From positions 5,414-69,413 of the forward strand of contig JAJRQA010000035.1 in assembly GCA_024280475.1 (NCBI GenBank): 64,000 nucleotides of DNA, in the 5' to 3' direction. This DNA is from Alphaproteobacteria bacterium (lineage in GTDB: Bacteria; Pseudomonadota; Alphaproteobacteria; Rhizobiales; JAKIUO01). Each line of letters starts with the position of its first letter. Position 1 is the stretch's first letter. The notes below the pieces were generated by a model. That model was not told where the DNA came from. It was given only the letters and a program-made list of their open reading frames with translations, and ran no database searches. Made by a program: the position numbers and the translations under genes. This document shows, in pieces, positions 31,711-41,925 of the stretch.

Positions 31711-31940
31711 AATTTAGCTCCATCAAATGATGTGTGACTAATGAATTCTGGATCCTTAATACTACTAGTAGTTACTTAAACAGTAACATCAGTTTATTTA
31801 AATAGGATTACCAAACATCCTTTCTTTGTGGTTTCAGACCATTAGTCGCGCCTTGCCCTCACTGCGTTCAAAAAAATATTTTTATTTTGCTAAATAATAC
31901 TTGCTTTTTTGCAGGCTATTGATATCTCAAACAGATTTTT

Positions 31941-31964
31941 GTTCCACTTTTGTTTGTTAACCAT
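31941..31964. promoter_or_regulatory. CtrA half-site (TTAACCAT) and overlapping LexA-like box upstream of ccrM
   Basis: TTAACCAT at 31957-31964; GTTC-N7-GTTT at 31941-31955 (alphaproteobacterial LexA consensus is GTTC-N7-GTTC). Confidence 0.45.
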
Positions 31965-31966
31965 AA

Positions 31967-33274
<1,308 letters not shown>

Positions 33275-33497
33275 GCGGTGCCGACAACCGTTCGGACAAA
33301 AAGCGATATTTATACAATTCACACCACCTGATTCATCCAGGTAGAGGCATGTCAACGTGCTTTCCCCCCTTTACGCTTGGGTCATTGCATGCTTAACTTG
33401 TCCAACAAATAATAATTTTTACCTGCGAAGAGCATCTGGTCCAGTTGATCAGAGCACAAAACGCACGGGTCAACGAGGAAATTAGAGGGAACGAATA

Positions 33498-34064
33498 ATG
33501 GGTTTTATACGAAATATACTGGCGCTCGTAGGAGTGATTGGCCTGATTGGTGTCGGCTTCATTGGATATACCTATAAGGATCTTGATCCCGGTGCAGCCA
33601 AAACATACTATAACATGGCCAAAAAACTTGCCGAAACAGGAAATGGTGCCGAAGCCACCGTTTGGAAACGTCAGGTTGCCGAAGGCATTACCTTCGACGA
33701 GGTTCACGAATCGATCAAGACGATCGCCCAGGAAAATAACATCAAGGATGTCGGATTCCTGCCGCTAGGCGATCAGGTCGGTGCCATGAATGGCAAGCCT
33801 TGGCGCAAGCTCAACATTTACCTTTATTGTAATCCGCTGACCGCCCAGAAAATGGTCGACCATTCAGATGCCTATGCTGCTTACCTGCCCTGCCGCGTAT
33901 CTCTGCTTGAAGACAAACAAGGAAAATTGTGGATCTATTCACTGGATATGGACATGATGATCCACGGCGGCACAACCTTGCCACCAAAATTGCTAAAGGA
34001 AGCCATTGAGGTCAAAAGAATTATTCTTGATGTCCTCGATCGCGCTTCAAAAGGCGACTTCTAG
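33498..34064 (+). CDS. DUF302 domain protein, membrane anchored
   Basis: IYLYCNP...AYLPCRVSLLED motif pair; N-terminal TM; own terminator. Confidence 0.8.
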   Translation: MGFIRNILALVGVIGLIGVGFIGYTYKDLDPGAAKTYYNMAKKLAETGNGAEATVWKRQVAEGITFDEVHESIKTIAQENNIKDVGFLPLGDQVGAMNGKPWRKLNIYLYCNPLTAQKMVDHSDAYAAYLPCRVSLLEDKQGKLWIYSLDMDMMIHGGTTLPPKLLKEAIEVKRIILDVLDRASKGDF

Positions 34065-34085
34065 AACGCCTTTGTTAGCCAAAAG

Positions 34086-34120
34086 AAAAAGGGTTGGACC
34101 ATATGGCCCAACCCTTTTTT
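34086..34120. terminator. Bidirectional Rho-independent terminator
   Basis: AAAAAGGGTTGG-ACCATATGGC-CCAACCCTTTTTT. Confidence 0.85.
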
Positions 34121-34156
34121 ATGTCGACACACCCAAAGCCTTGGCAAGTTGTGACC

Positions 34157-34804
34157 CTAATGACGGGTTGCGTAGCAACCTTCAAAAGCATGTTCGAGCA
34201 ACTGATCGCGGATGCCTTCAATCTCAATAACAACCGGTTCCTTGGCCCGAGCGGGCGTAACATTGCGAAAGCGCGATTTTGGAATATTGGTACTTGCCGA
34301 CCAAAGCCCCAGAAAAGCAGAGCGGCCAAGGTCCACCGCATTGGCGCCCACGCTCTCAAACAAATCAAGCGAAAACCTCACATCAGCTGCGCGGCGCATT
34401 GCATCGCCGGACCAACAATGATCCGTTCCCAGTACCAGCTGCTCATGGGCATCCAAAAGCGCTGGGTTTTTCGCCCAACGAAGAGAGGCATCAAGACAGT
34501 TTTGTCCATTATACATGCCTGCCATTTCCACAAAATCAGCAAATACAGAAGCTGGTTCGATACTGGCAAAAATCACTCGCAACTCAATGCCCCGATCAAC
34601 AAAGGCATTGGCATGACGGCGTACGGCATGTGTCACGGCGCTATCTGGAGAGCGAGCGATCAATGTCACTCTCAAATCCTCACTGGAAGCGCTCGATCCT
34701 TTTTCAATCTTGCTTATATAGGATAAAATAAAATCATCGAAACGCTTAATCGTTTCTCTGCGATGAAGTTCGGCTTTAGAAGAAAATTGTGAAAGCAAAC
34801 TCAT
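34157..34804 (-). CDS. Hypothetical protein, possible degenerate PLD-like fold
   Basis: GAGGA RBS; 215 aa; DAHEQLVLGTDHCWSGDAM resembles the HxKxxxxD-x6-GS spacing without the Lys. Confidence 0.75.
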   Translation of the reverse strand: MSLLSQFSSKAELHRRETIKRFDDFILSYISKIEKGSSASSEDLRVTLIARSPDSAVTHAVRRHANAFVDRGIELRVIFASIEPASVFADFVEMAGMYNGQNCLDASLRWAKNPALLDAHEQLVLGTDHCWSGDAMRRAADVRFSLDLFESVGANAVDLGRSAFLGLWSASTNIPKSRFRNVTPARAKEPVVIEIEGIRDQLLEHAFEGCYATRH

Positions 34805-34946
34805 TCGCGCGTTCCTCGTCTCAATATCGGAAAATAATCTGGAGCGACGGAATGCAGAAAAATCGGTGTCGCCTTCGTTTAACCAATGTGCGCCCTGACG
34901 GTAAAAAAGGTTTTAACGCTTCACTGAATAATTTCAGAAAACACCA

Positions 34947-34986
34947 ATAAAAATTACAAGTAATTGATATTACTTGTAATTTTTAT
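34947..34986. repeat. Perfect 18-bp AT-rich inverted repeat containing an IHF-like site
   Basis: ATAAAAATTACAAGTAAT-TGAT-ATTACTTGTAATTTTTAT. Minus strand contains TATCAA-TTAC-TTG (WATCAANNNNTTR). Confidence 0.7.
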
Positions 34987-35012
34987 AATAAAATTTTTTA
35001 CTTTGCAAAACG

Positions 35013-38000
35013 CTACTTTTTGTCGCGATTTGGGCTAAATCGCTTTGCCAAACTCTGCGCCTTCAATTCTTCAGACGCTTCATCGAGGAATTCATCTCCC
35101 TTCAAAAAGTCTGGCATAGCGCCTTCCTTAAAATCATCAGCCTCTGAGGGCTCGTCATATGAGCCTTTTGGCTTGGCGTTCATCTGCGCCATTAGCATTG
35201 AACCAAGATCCTGACTGGCCTCTCCAGGTCCCAAGATCACGGGGTCCGTCAACGGTCTTTGCCCAGAGGCCTGGTCGTTTTTGGCAATGGTCTCATTACT
35301 GCGACCCATTGCGCGCGCTTGCAGTCCTTGCTTTAATTCCGCGATACGCGCAGACACCGGGTCTTTACTCAAACGATCAGATTGCTCTTGCGCTTCGAGG
35401 GCCGATTGCGCCTTGGAGCGCTGCTCGCTCCTGGAGGGCAACAAACTATCTTCGTTGACCTGACGCTCACGGGTCTTTTCCTTTTCACCCGCGCTCAATC
35501 TCGAAAGGATCGATGTCGCGGATTCGTCCGGTTTGGTAATGGGCTTAACAGCAACGAAAGGCTCGTCTTCTTGCGCGTCCTTATCGCTTGCTACGGGTTC
35601 AGGGGCGCTAACGCTCGCTTTAAAAAAGCCGCTTTCTTCGCTCTTGATCGACGGCACCGGCTCAACCTCCAAAGGAGCTGCCGAAAGACCTTCGTCAATT
35701 TTATTGTCAGAACCATCGATGGGGTCCGCATTCAGATCATTGCTGTCGCCATGATCTTCGAGCAAATCCAGTGAAGCCGCTTTACCACCATCACCTAAAG
35801 AAGGCTCGGTAAGGTCGCCAGCTTTTGTGCGCGCAAGCGACGTACTGCCATCAGCAGTCTTTTTGCCAAAAGATAAAAATCCGCCAAACATTTTCGACAC
35901 TACGCCCGATGTTTTTTGTGGCTCAATGACAATGGGCTCACCAGGCACGGCAACCTGTTCTGCAAAGACCTGTTTGCCAATGCGGTCGCTATCACTTTTC
36001 GCGATAAGGTCAGCAAGCTGCTCTCCTGGCACTTCCACACCAGCGATGCCTTCAAAATGGCTCCGTAAGCCGCGATTGGCCCTGCTAATAGCAGCTGGCG
36101 ACATCTCGCGGATCGTGATAATTTCAGCGTCATCCGCCGCTTCTTTATTGATAGGAGATCCAGCCCGTTTAGCGGCTTCCATTGTGACTGTTTTTTCCGT
36201 TTTCAGTCTTTCGATCTCATCTTTCGCCAATCGCAGTTCCTGTTCGCGCTCTTGCTCCTCACGCTCTTTTAACTGCTGGCGCTGGCGTTCGCGCTCTTCA
36301 AGCCGGACCTTTTCAACAGCGACTGCGATGTCGCTCTGCGCCGAAACGGTTTCTGCATTATCATTCAGATCGCCGCTCTCTTGTGAACGTTTGACGGCTT
36401 CCATAATGAGATCCAGCACCATCTGGCTTTGCGTATCAGCGACCTTGCGGAAACGATAAACCCGATATTGACGCCCTTGTGCATAATAGCGGCTATCATG
36501 GCGTTTCAATTGGGAACGCACAACACTCTGCAAAGGCCATATACTGGCCAGGTGTAAAATACCGTTGGCCTCCAGGCTGATGCACAGATTAGAAAGAAAC
36601 CGCGATTCCTTAGCAATATCATGGGTATATCCGGTGGACAATTGCCCCTTGATCTCGTCGCGCTCCAGCTTGAGATTGATGGTGCGTTTCTTTTTCAGCT
36701 CATCTATTTCTTTTTCAATCGTGACGATCCGCGCCAAGGGCCCGGCAAGTTTGTCTTCTTGTCTTTGCAAAAGCTTGAAATAGGTCGTGGTTTTTTCCAG
36801 CTCCCCGACAACTTGAACAACGTCGGCACGCCTGTTGAACTCTTCTTCCGTGTCAGTTTGATAGCTTGCGCGAAGCTGTTTGCTGCTGGTAATCAACATA
36901 TTGTGGCTGCGGCAGGTGTCAGCATGCTCGCGCGTCAGCTTTCTGGCTTGCAGTTCCTCGTTCTGGATTTTGAACGAGACCAGCCCCGCCATTTCCTTTT
37001 CCAGACTTTTAATTGCCCGATCATAATCATCGCGCTCGGAACGGTAACCTTCTTCAATATTGCGGTCGAGGCGATCGCTCAGCAGCGCCTTTTGCGATCC
37101 CTTGACCAATGGCACCGCGAGATAGTAATCACGCCCATACTCGAATTCGGCATTGTGAAAGATTTCCAGCATTTCTTCGGAAATCTTGTTTTTATGGGCC
37201 TCGAAAATATCCAGCATCGTGCCGCCAAATTTACTGGCGCGAGCTCGTGAAACCGACGATTGAATACGTTGCAAATGATCATAGCTGCGATTGAGCGAAA
37301 TCAGCAATATACACAGATCGACAAAAACGGCAGCGGAAAGCGGAATATAGTCGCGCTTTGACAGGCCAGCATCAACATTGGAAACCTCGACCCTGCGCCC
37401 GGCGCTGATCGCCTGCTTGCGGGCCTTTCGCAACTCGTCGGGGCTGGGTGGCAATTTGAGGGTTGGCAAAGCAGCCAGTGTAACGGCAAGGCGCCTGAAT
37501 GCCTCGATAACGGCTTCGGATCCTTCCACTGCGGCGATCTTGGGGTTCTTGATTTCTGGAATATCATCTATCGCCCGCACAACGCCGCGCAGGGCCGTCT
37601 GCAACTGCACGTCTGGACAACGGAACGTGCCACCGCGGCCAGTGGGGAACTGGGTTGTACTGGCGCGCTTGTCAAAATTATCACGAAACTGGCGCAATTG
37701 CGGATCAGTGCGCAGCGTATTAAAGCGGGCAATCGTCAAATCCAGTTTGCGGCCAAGAGCGCGTAAAAACTTGTTGCGGGTGCCGTCCTTGCCAATGGTC
37801 GAGGCGTCCCGGCTGACGACCTTTTTCAAATCACCATTGAGGGCATTAAGGTCGGTTTTAACCGTACTGGCGCGACCTGTTATATATTCAGCCGCATAGC
37901 CAAATTTTTGACTATCGCTATCGCGCAAACGCATGCGCGGCCCCTCGCCAGGTTTTGAATTGGGACAACTATTGCCGTGATCGCGCTCCTGGGTGGCTTT

Positions 38001-38798
38001 GCGCGTGGACAAGGTCGTCAATTGCACAAAGGTGCTCTGCAATTGTTCGAGCCGCGTCTGGCCGATCTGCAAGGCCACTTGCACTTGCGATACGGCACTT
38101 TCGGCGGAACGGGTCGCCTCCGTCTGGGCTTCAAGATATTTCCAGTAAAAACCAAAACCAAAGCCCACCGAAATCAGTGTCAGGAACAAATATCCAAACA
38201 CAAACAATGGCTTGATCCACGTAGGTGTCCCGCCAGCATAAAGACTATCGAGCAGGTAGAGGATCATCAACATCAGCATCATCACCGCAAAGCCAATGGC
38301 AATACGCGAGCCAATATCGACAGAACCAGAATTGGCCTGAATAAGCTCCAGCATCCCAGTGTAAGTGGCAAGCCAGGACAAAAAGGCCAGACCAAGGGTC
38401 AACGACGCCTTCACCGGATCAGCATAAAACCAGGCGCGGAAATTAAAAATATGGACTTTTTCGCTCTCGTCGCTATCGGCAGACACGCGATTATTGGCCA
38501 AATACTGATCATCGGTTTTAGCCAAAGAACCCGGCTGAGGACGAATATCGGCGACAAGAGGCTCGTGTCCAACATCTGCTGTAAGGGCATTTTGATCGTC
38601 TAACGAGGCTCTGGCCGATTTGCCGAGAGATAACTCATCAACGCGGCGATCAGCACCGCGCCTGTCGGAGGCAGGGTCATCACCAGCCTTTACAAGAATG
38701 GTTTCCTGACGCGCCGTATCCTTGCGTGAAAGGGGTTTTTCGATCCCGAAAATTTTTCGCAACAACCACTCAAGCACAGGAAAACTCCTTTGTACCAT
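35013..38798 (-). CDS. Large hypothetical membrane protein (3 TM + extracytoplasmic helical domain + TM + long coiled coil + acidic disordered tail)
   Basis: 1261-aa ORF with AAGGAG RBS. Hydrophobic segments near aa 130-220 and 485-500; E/R/K-rich helix near aa 830-870. Confidence 0.9.
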   Translation of the reverse strand: MVQRSFPVLEWLLRKIFGIEKPLSRKDTARQETILVKAGDDPASDRRGADRRVDELSLGKSARASLDDQNALTADVGHEPLVADIRPQPGSLAKTDDQYLANNRVSADSDESEKVHIFNFRAWFYADPVKASLTLGLAFLSWLATYTGMLELIQANSGSVDIGSRIAIGFAVMMLMLMILYLLDSLYAGGTPTWIKPLFVFGYLFLTLISVGFGFGFYWKYLEAQTEATRSAESAVSQVQVALQIGQTRLEQLQSTFVQLTTLSTRKATQERDHGNSCPNSKPGEGPRMRLRDSDSQKFGYAAEYITGRASTVKTDLNALNGDLKKVVSRDASTIGKDGTRNKFLRALGRKLDLTIARFNTLRTDPQLRQFRDNFDKRASTTQFPTGRGGTFRCPDVQLQTALRGVVRAIDDIPEIKNPKIAAVEGSEAVIEAFRRLAVTLAALPTLKLPPSPDELRKARKQAISAGRRVEVSNVDAGLSKRDYIPLSAAVFVDLCILLISLNRSYDHLQRIQSSVSRARASKFGGTMLDIFEAHKNKISEEMLEIFHNAEFEYGRDYYLAVPLVKGSQKALLSDRLDRNIEEGYRSERDDYDRAIKSLEKEMAGLVSFKIQNEELQARKLTREHADTCRSHNMLITSSKQLRASYQTDTEEEFNRRADVVQVVGELEKTTTYFKLLQRQEDKLAGPLARIVTIEKEIDELKKKRTINLKLERDEIKGQLSTGYTHDIAKESRFLSNLCISLEANGILHLASIWPLQSVVRSQLKRHDSRYYAQGRQYRVYRFRKVADTQSQMVLDLIMEAVKRSQESGDLNDNAETVSAQSDIAVAVEKVRLEERERQRQQLKEREEQEREQELRLAKDEIERLKTEKTVTMEAAKRAGSPINKEAADDAEIITIREMSPAAISRANRGLRSHFEGIAGVEVPGEQLADLIAKSDSDRIGKQVFAEQVAVPGEPIVIEPQKTSGVVSKMFGGFLSFGKKTADGSTSLARTKAGDLTEPSLGDGGKAASLDLLEDHGDSNDLNADPIDGSDNKIDEGLSAAPLEVEPVPSIKSEESGFFKASVSAPEPVASDKDAQEDEPFVAVKPITKPDESATSILSRLSAGEKEKTRERQVNEDSLLPSRSEQRSKAQSALEAQEQSDRLSKDPVSARIAELKQGLQARAMGRSNETIAKNDQASGQRPLTDPVILGPGEASQDLGSMLMAQMNAKPKGSYDEPSEADDFKEGAMPDFLKGDEFLDEASEELKAQSLAKRFSPNRDKK

Positions 38799-39097
38799 CG
38801 CTCCTTGCTATCATCGGAGGCGATGTTCCCGCGTATTCATATCGGTCAAAGACCGTATATGCATCAAGAAACCGAATAAAACAGGGGAAAACCGCGGCAG
38901 AACAGCTCAATAATGCTGCCTCGCCAGTCTTGCCCCCCAATTACACAACCATGTATATAGTCTGCCAATTAGGCTGTTTCGTGACTAATCCAAGTCTTTG
39001 AGGTGATCACCAATTGATCCAGCACGTCCCTCAATACCCGACCACAAATAGCACTCAATGACGTGTACGGGCAAGCGAAGGTGAATTTTGAGGCAAG

Positions 39098-41530
39098 TTA
39101 CTGTGTTTTATTGCCAAATTTTGGCGCTATCGCCGCTTGCACTGGCCTGGCCAGTTGTTCCAGATCCTTCATCAAAACACCCAATAGAGGGGCTGCCAGC
39201 TGGCTTGAGTGAAGACGATAGCCCAGCGGCTGGCTAACAGATCCAGATCCGATGAGAATGACATAAGAATAACTTTTGCCTGATGTAAACTGCACGCCGC
39301 CCGCAGTCCAAACATCAACGGTCGTATCGGCGTCGGCGGTGGTCTGTGTACCGGTTTTGGCAAAATGCAACTGGATATTTTTATGGCGGTTTGCGCACCA
39401 TTTGCTCTGGCTTTTAAGCGTGCCGTGCCGCTTGCCTTTGACTTCATAACAAAGCGGCGCCGATAACAATTTGCGCAACATGGCGCGCCCGGCCGGTTCG
39501 ATCACCCCGTCTGGAATGATATCGCTGGTGGTTTCAAGCTTGTTATATTCAGTGCTCTTGCGCGACGTTTGGGAGTGATTGGCGATAATAGTCGGCAGGC
39601 TCACGGGCTTTGATCCACGTCCGGTCAGAGAGGCAAGAATAACCGAGGCCAAATGGTGTACTTTTTGCGGACTGCCGGTGATCAGACCATGGGCCACCGC
39701 GGTCGAGGGCGGTGTTTCATCTTCTTTTTTCTTGGCAAAAGGCATATTAAAGCCAAACCGGTCAACGCTTTGGCGCACAACTCCCTGCCCCAGCTTGAAC
39801 AAACGATTGGCCAATGGCTGCGACATCGAGCATGCAAACACCGTCTCTGCACGCCGCAAGCGCCGATTACCACCTTTGCGACGGCAGGTTTCCAGACCCT
39901 TCCTTGGCGCATCGGTATCCAGATATTTACTGTCAGGCGTGTCCTCGCCATCATTGGCAATGAGGACGGCACCAATCATTTTGGCAACTGACGCGACAGC
40001 GCGCCCCTCGCGGTCACGTTCATAGCGCCCCGATAGCCTGTCTCTGGCCGGGCTGGAGCCAAAATAGTGAGCGTTTTGACCGGCTTCGAAATAGCGCACA
40101 ATTTTACCGTTCTCATCGGCGGCTGCAACAATAATGTCCGGCAGACGCTTGCCGCGTTTTCTGGCCAGAACGTCCAGCGTATAGCGTCGATCAAGCTTGC
40201 TGCGATATTTGCTATTGAGCTTGCCAAGCCTCTTGGCGAGTTTTTCGCGAAAGCGAATATTTTGGGCCGAGTTGAGCGTGAGGTCAACGCGGGCCACATA
40301 GTCACGCCATTCATGGCCATACAAATCCACCATTTCGGCCCGCGCGCCAAAACGGCTGGACGGGGCAAAATGATTGGCCCGGCGTACCGGATTATTACGA
40401 ATAACCCCTTGCGAGCGTGACAAAAGTTTTAACTCTGCTTCCTTGTCCGGGGCGAGTTTTGCTTGCGGCACATCTATGGACATGGTCGACAAGGCAATCG
40501 TCAGATTCTTTTCTTCTTGGCGATCAGCCACCAACGCCTTCACGCATCTTTGCGCCCGGATCGCCGTGATATGGCGCCAGTTGCGTAAACGCCGCTTGTT
40601 GATCCGTGGATTTTTGCTGGGCAATACCTGAATAGGCCGATTGACCGCTGCGGCCAACACAAATTGCTCGGCCCTGGTCATTTCACTTGACGGTTTACCA
40701 AAGATAATGCGGCTGGTGAGGCCAACGCCGTAAAGCGACCCGCCTACCCTTTGAGCCAGCGGCAGATGATTGGCGGCCCATTTTTGCAGCAATCCGAAAT
40801 CACCATCAGTGACCAGCTTGTACTGGATAATCGGTGCCAGCCACCATTCCGAGGTTTTGCGTTTCAGCTTGTCGAAATAGGTTTCTTTGCGAGAGGGCAA
40901 TGACGCGTAATAGCTGCGGGCCAACTGCATGGAGATCGTCGAGCCGCCGCCGCCGCTGGATTGGCCAAGTATATAGGAAATAGCCTTGCGCGGCATGCGC
41001 ATCAGGCCCTGCGGGTCGATGCCGTACAGATTGCCGAATTGAATATAGGGGAAGCCGGCACGCAAACTGATCATTGGCTTGCCGAGATTGCGATCTTCCA
41101 GATAGCGCAAGCAGGACCAGTAATGAGGAGGCACTTTGTCGACATGCTCCGATTTGTGATCGGGATAGGCGGTGAAGCTTTCCCATTCGATGGTTTTGGA
41201 AGAAGAGTTGAAATCGGGCTCCATACGCGGATCGAAAATACCCAGATAATCGCCGCGGGCACTATAAATACCAATCCCCTTTGAGCGCTGGTCAAAATAA
41301 TCAAGCTGCGGCTCCAACCATTTAAGAGCCATGGGAGCCCAGATCGCAGGAGCGGCATAGGCCAGCGTCAGGATCAGCAAAAACGAGCCGATACTATAAA
41401 GCACCAATCGTATCCAGAAACGGATATCAAGGATCAACTCCAGGACTGCTACCGGCAGGCGCATGAGCTTTGCTGGTGACTCAGCAAGGAATTCAAACAA
41501 ACGATTTATCAAGCGGATCGGATTCAACAT
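39098..41530 (-). CDS. Divergent class A penicillin-binding protein (GT51 transglycosylase + transpeptidase-like domain)
   Basis: TM anchor; GT51 motifs YLEDR, YGID, GGSTISMQLAR, RKTSEW, EQFVLAA; TP motifs SVAK, SMS (for SxN), KTGT. Confidence 0.82.
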   Translation of the reverse strand: MLNPIRLINRLFEFLAESPAKLMRLPVAVLELILDIRFWIRLVLYSIGSFLLILTLAYAAPAIWAPMALKWLEPQLDYFDQRSKGIGIYSARGDYLGIFDPRMEPDFNSSSKTIEWESFTAYPDHKSEHVDKVPPHYWSCLRYLEDRNLGKPMISLRAGFPYIQFGNLYGIDPQGLMRMPRKAISYILGQSSGGGGSTISMQLARSYYASLPSRKETYFDKLKRKTSEWWLAPIIQYKLVTDGDFGLLQKWAANHLPLAQRVGGSLYGVGLTSRIIFGKPSSEMTRAEQFVLAAAVNRPIQVLPSKNPRINKRRLRNWRHITAIRAQRCVKALVADRQEEKNLTIALSTMSIDVPQAKLAPDKEAELKLLSRSQGVIRNNPVRRANHFAPSSRFGARAEMVDLYGHEWRDYVARVDLTLNSAQNIRFREKLAKRLGKLNSKYRSKLDRRYTLDVLARKRGKRLPDIIVAAADENGKIVRYFEAGQNAHYFGSSPARDRLSGRYERDREGRAVASVAKMIGAVLIANDGEDTPDSKYLDTDAPRKGLETCRRKGGNRRLRRAETVFACSMSQPLANRLFKLGQGVVRQSVDRFGFNMPFAKKKEDETPPSTAVAHGLITGSPQKVHHLASVILASLTGRGSKPVSLPTIIANHSQTSRKSTEYNKLETTSDIIPDGVIEPAGRAMLRKLLSAPLCYEVKGKRHGTLKSQSKWCANRHKNIQLHFAKTGTQTTADADTTVDVWTAGGVQFTSGKSYSYVILIGSGSVSQPLGYRLHSSQLAAPLLGVLMKDLEQLARPVQAAIAPKFGNKTQ

Positions 41531-41925
41531 TGCTCATTCTTAACAGAAAACCACGGCTGGCAGAAAAAACCTGTCATTGCATTTAATTTGCCCGAGCCAG
41601 AATAGAAGAGTTTTAATTCAAAGGCGGTTATTACGTCAAAACTATGAAATCCATCGAGAGATTGTTCCGCCCGAACGGCGCAAATTGCTCTCCACAGCTA
41701 TAATTATATGCAATAATCGAGATAAGTTGATATGCCGCCCCTCAAATACTTGACAACAGGTGTCGGGTATTTCTACTACTAGGTCAATCAATGATGGTTT
41801 AATGCGTCACAGCGTCAATTGACGGCCCGCTATTGAGTGCCTATATGGGGTCTCAGAAGCCTTGCATTATGTCGAGTGAAAAAATACGCCTCTATCATGA
41901 GGCCACCCAGGGAGTAATAACGCCA

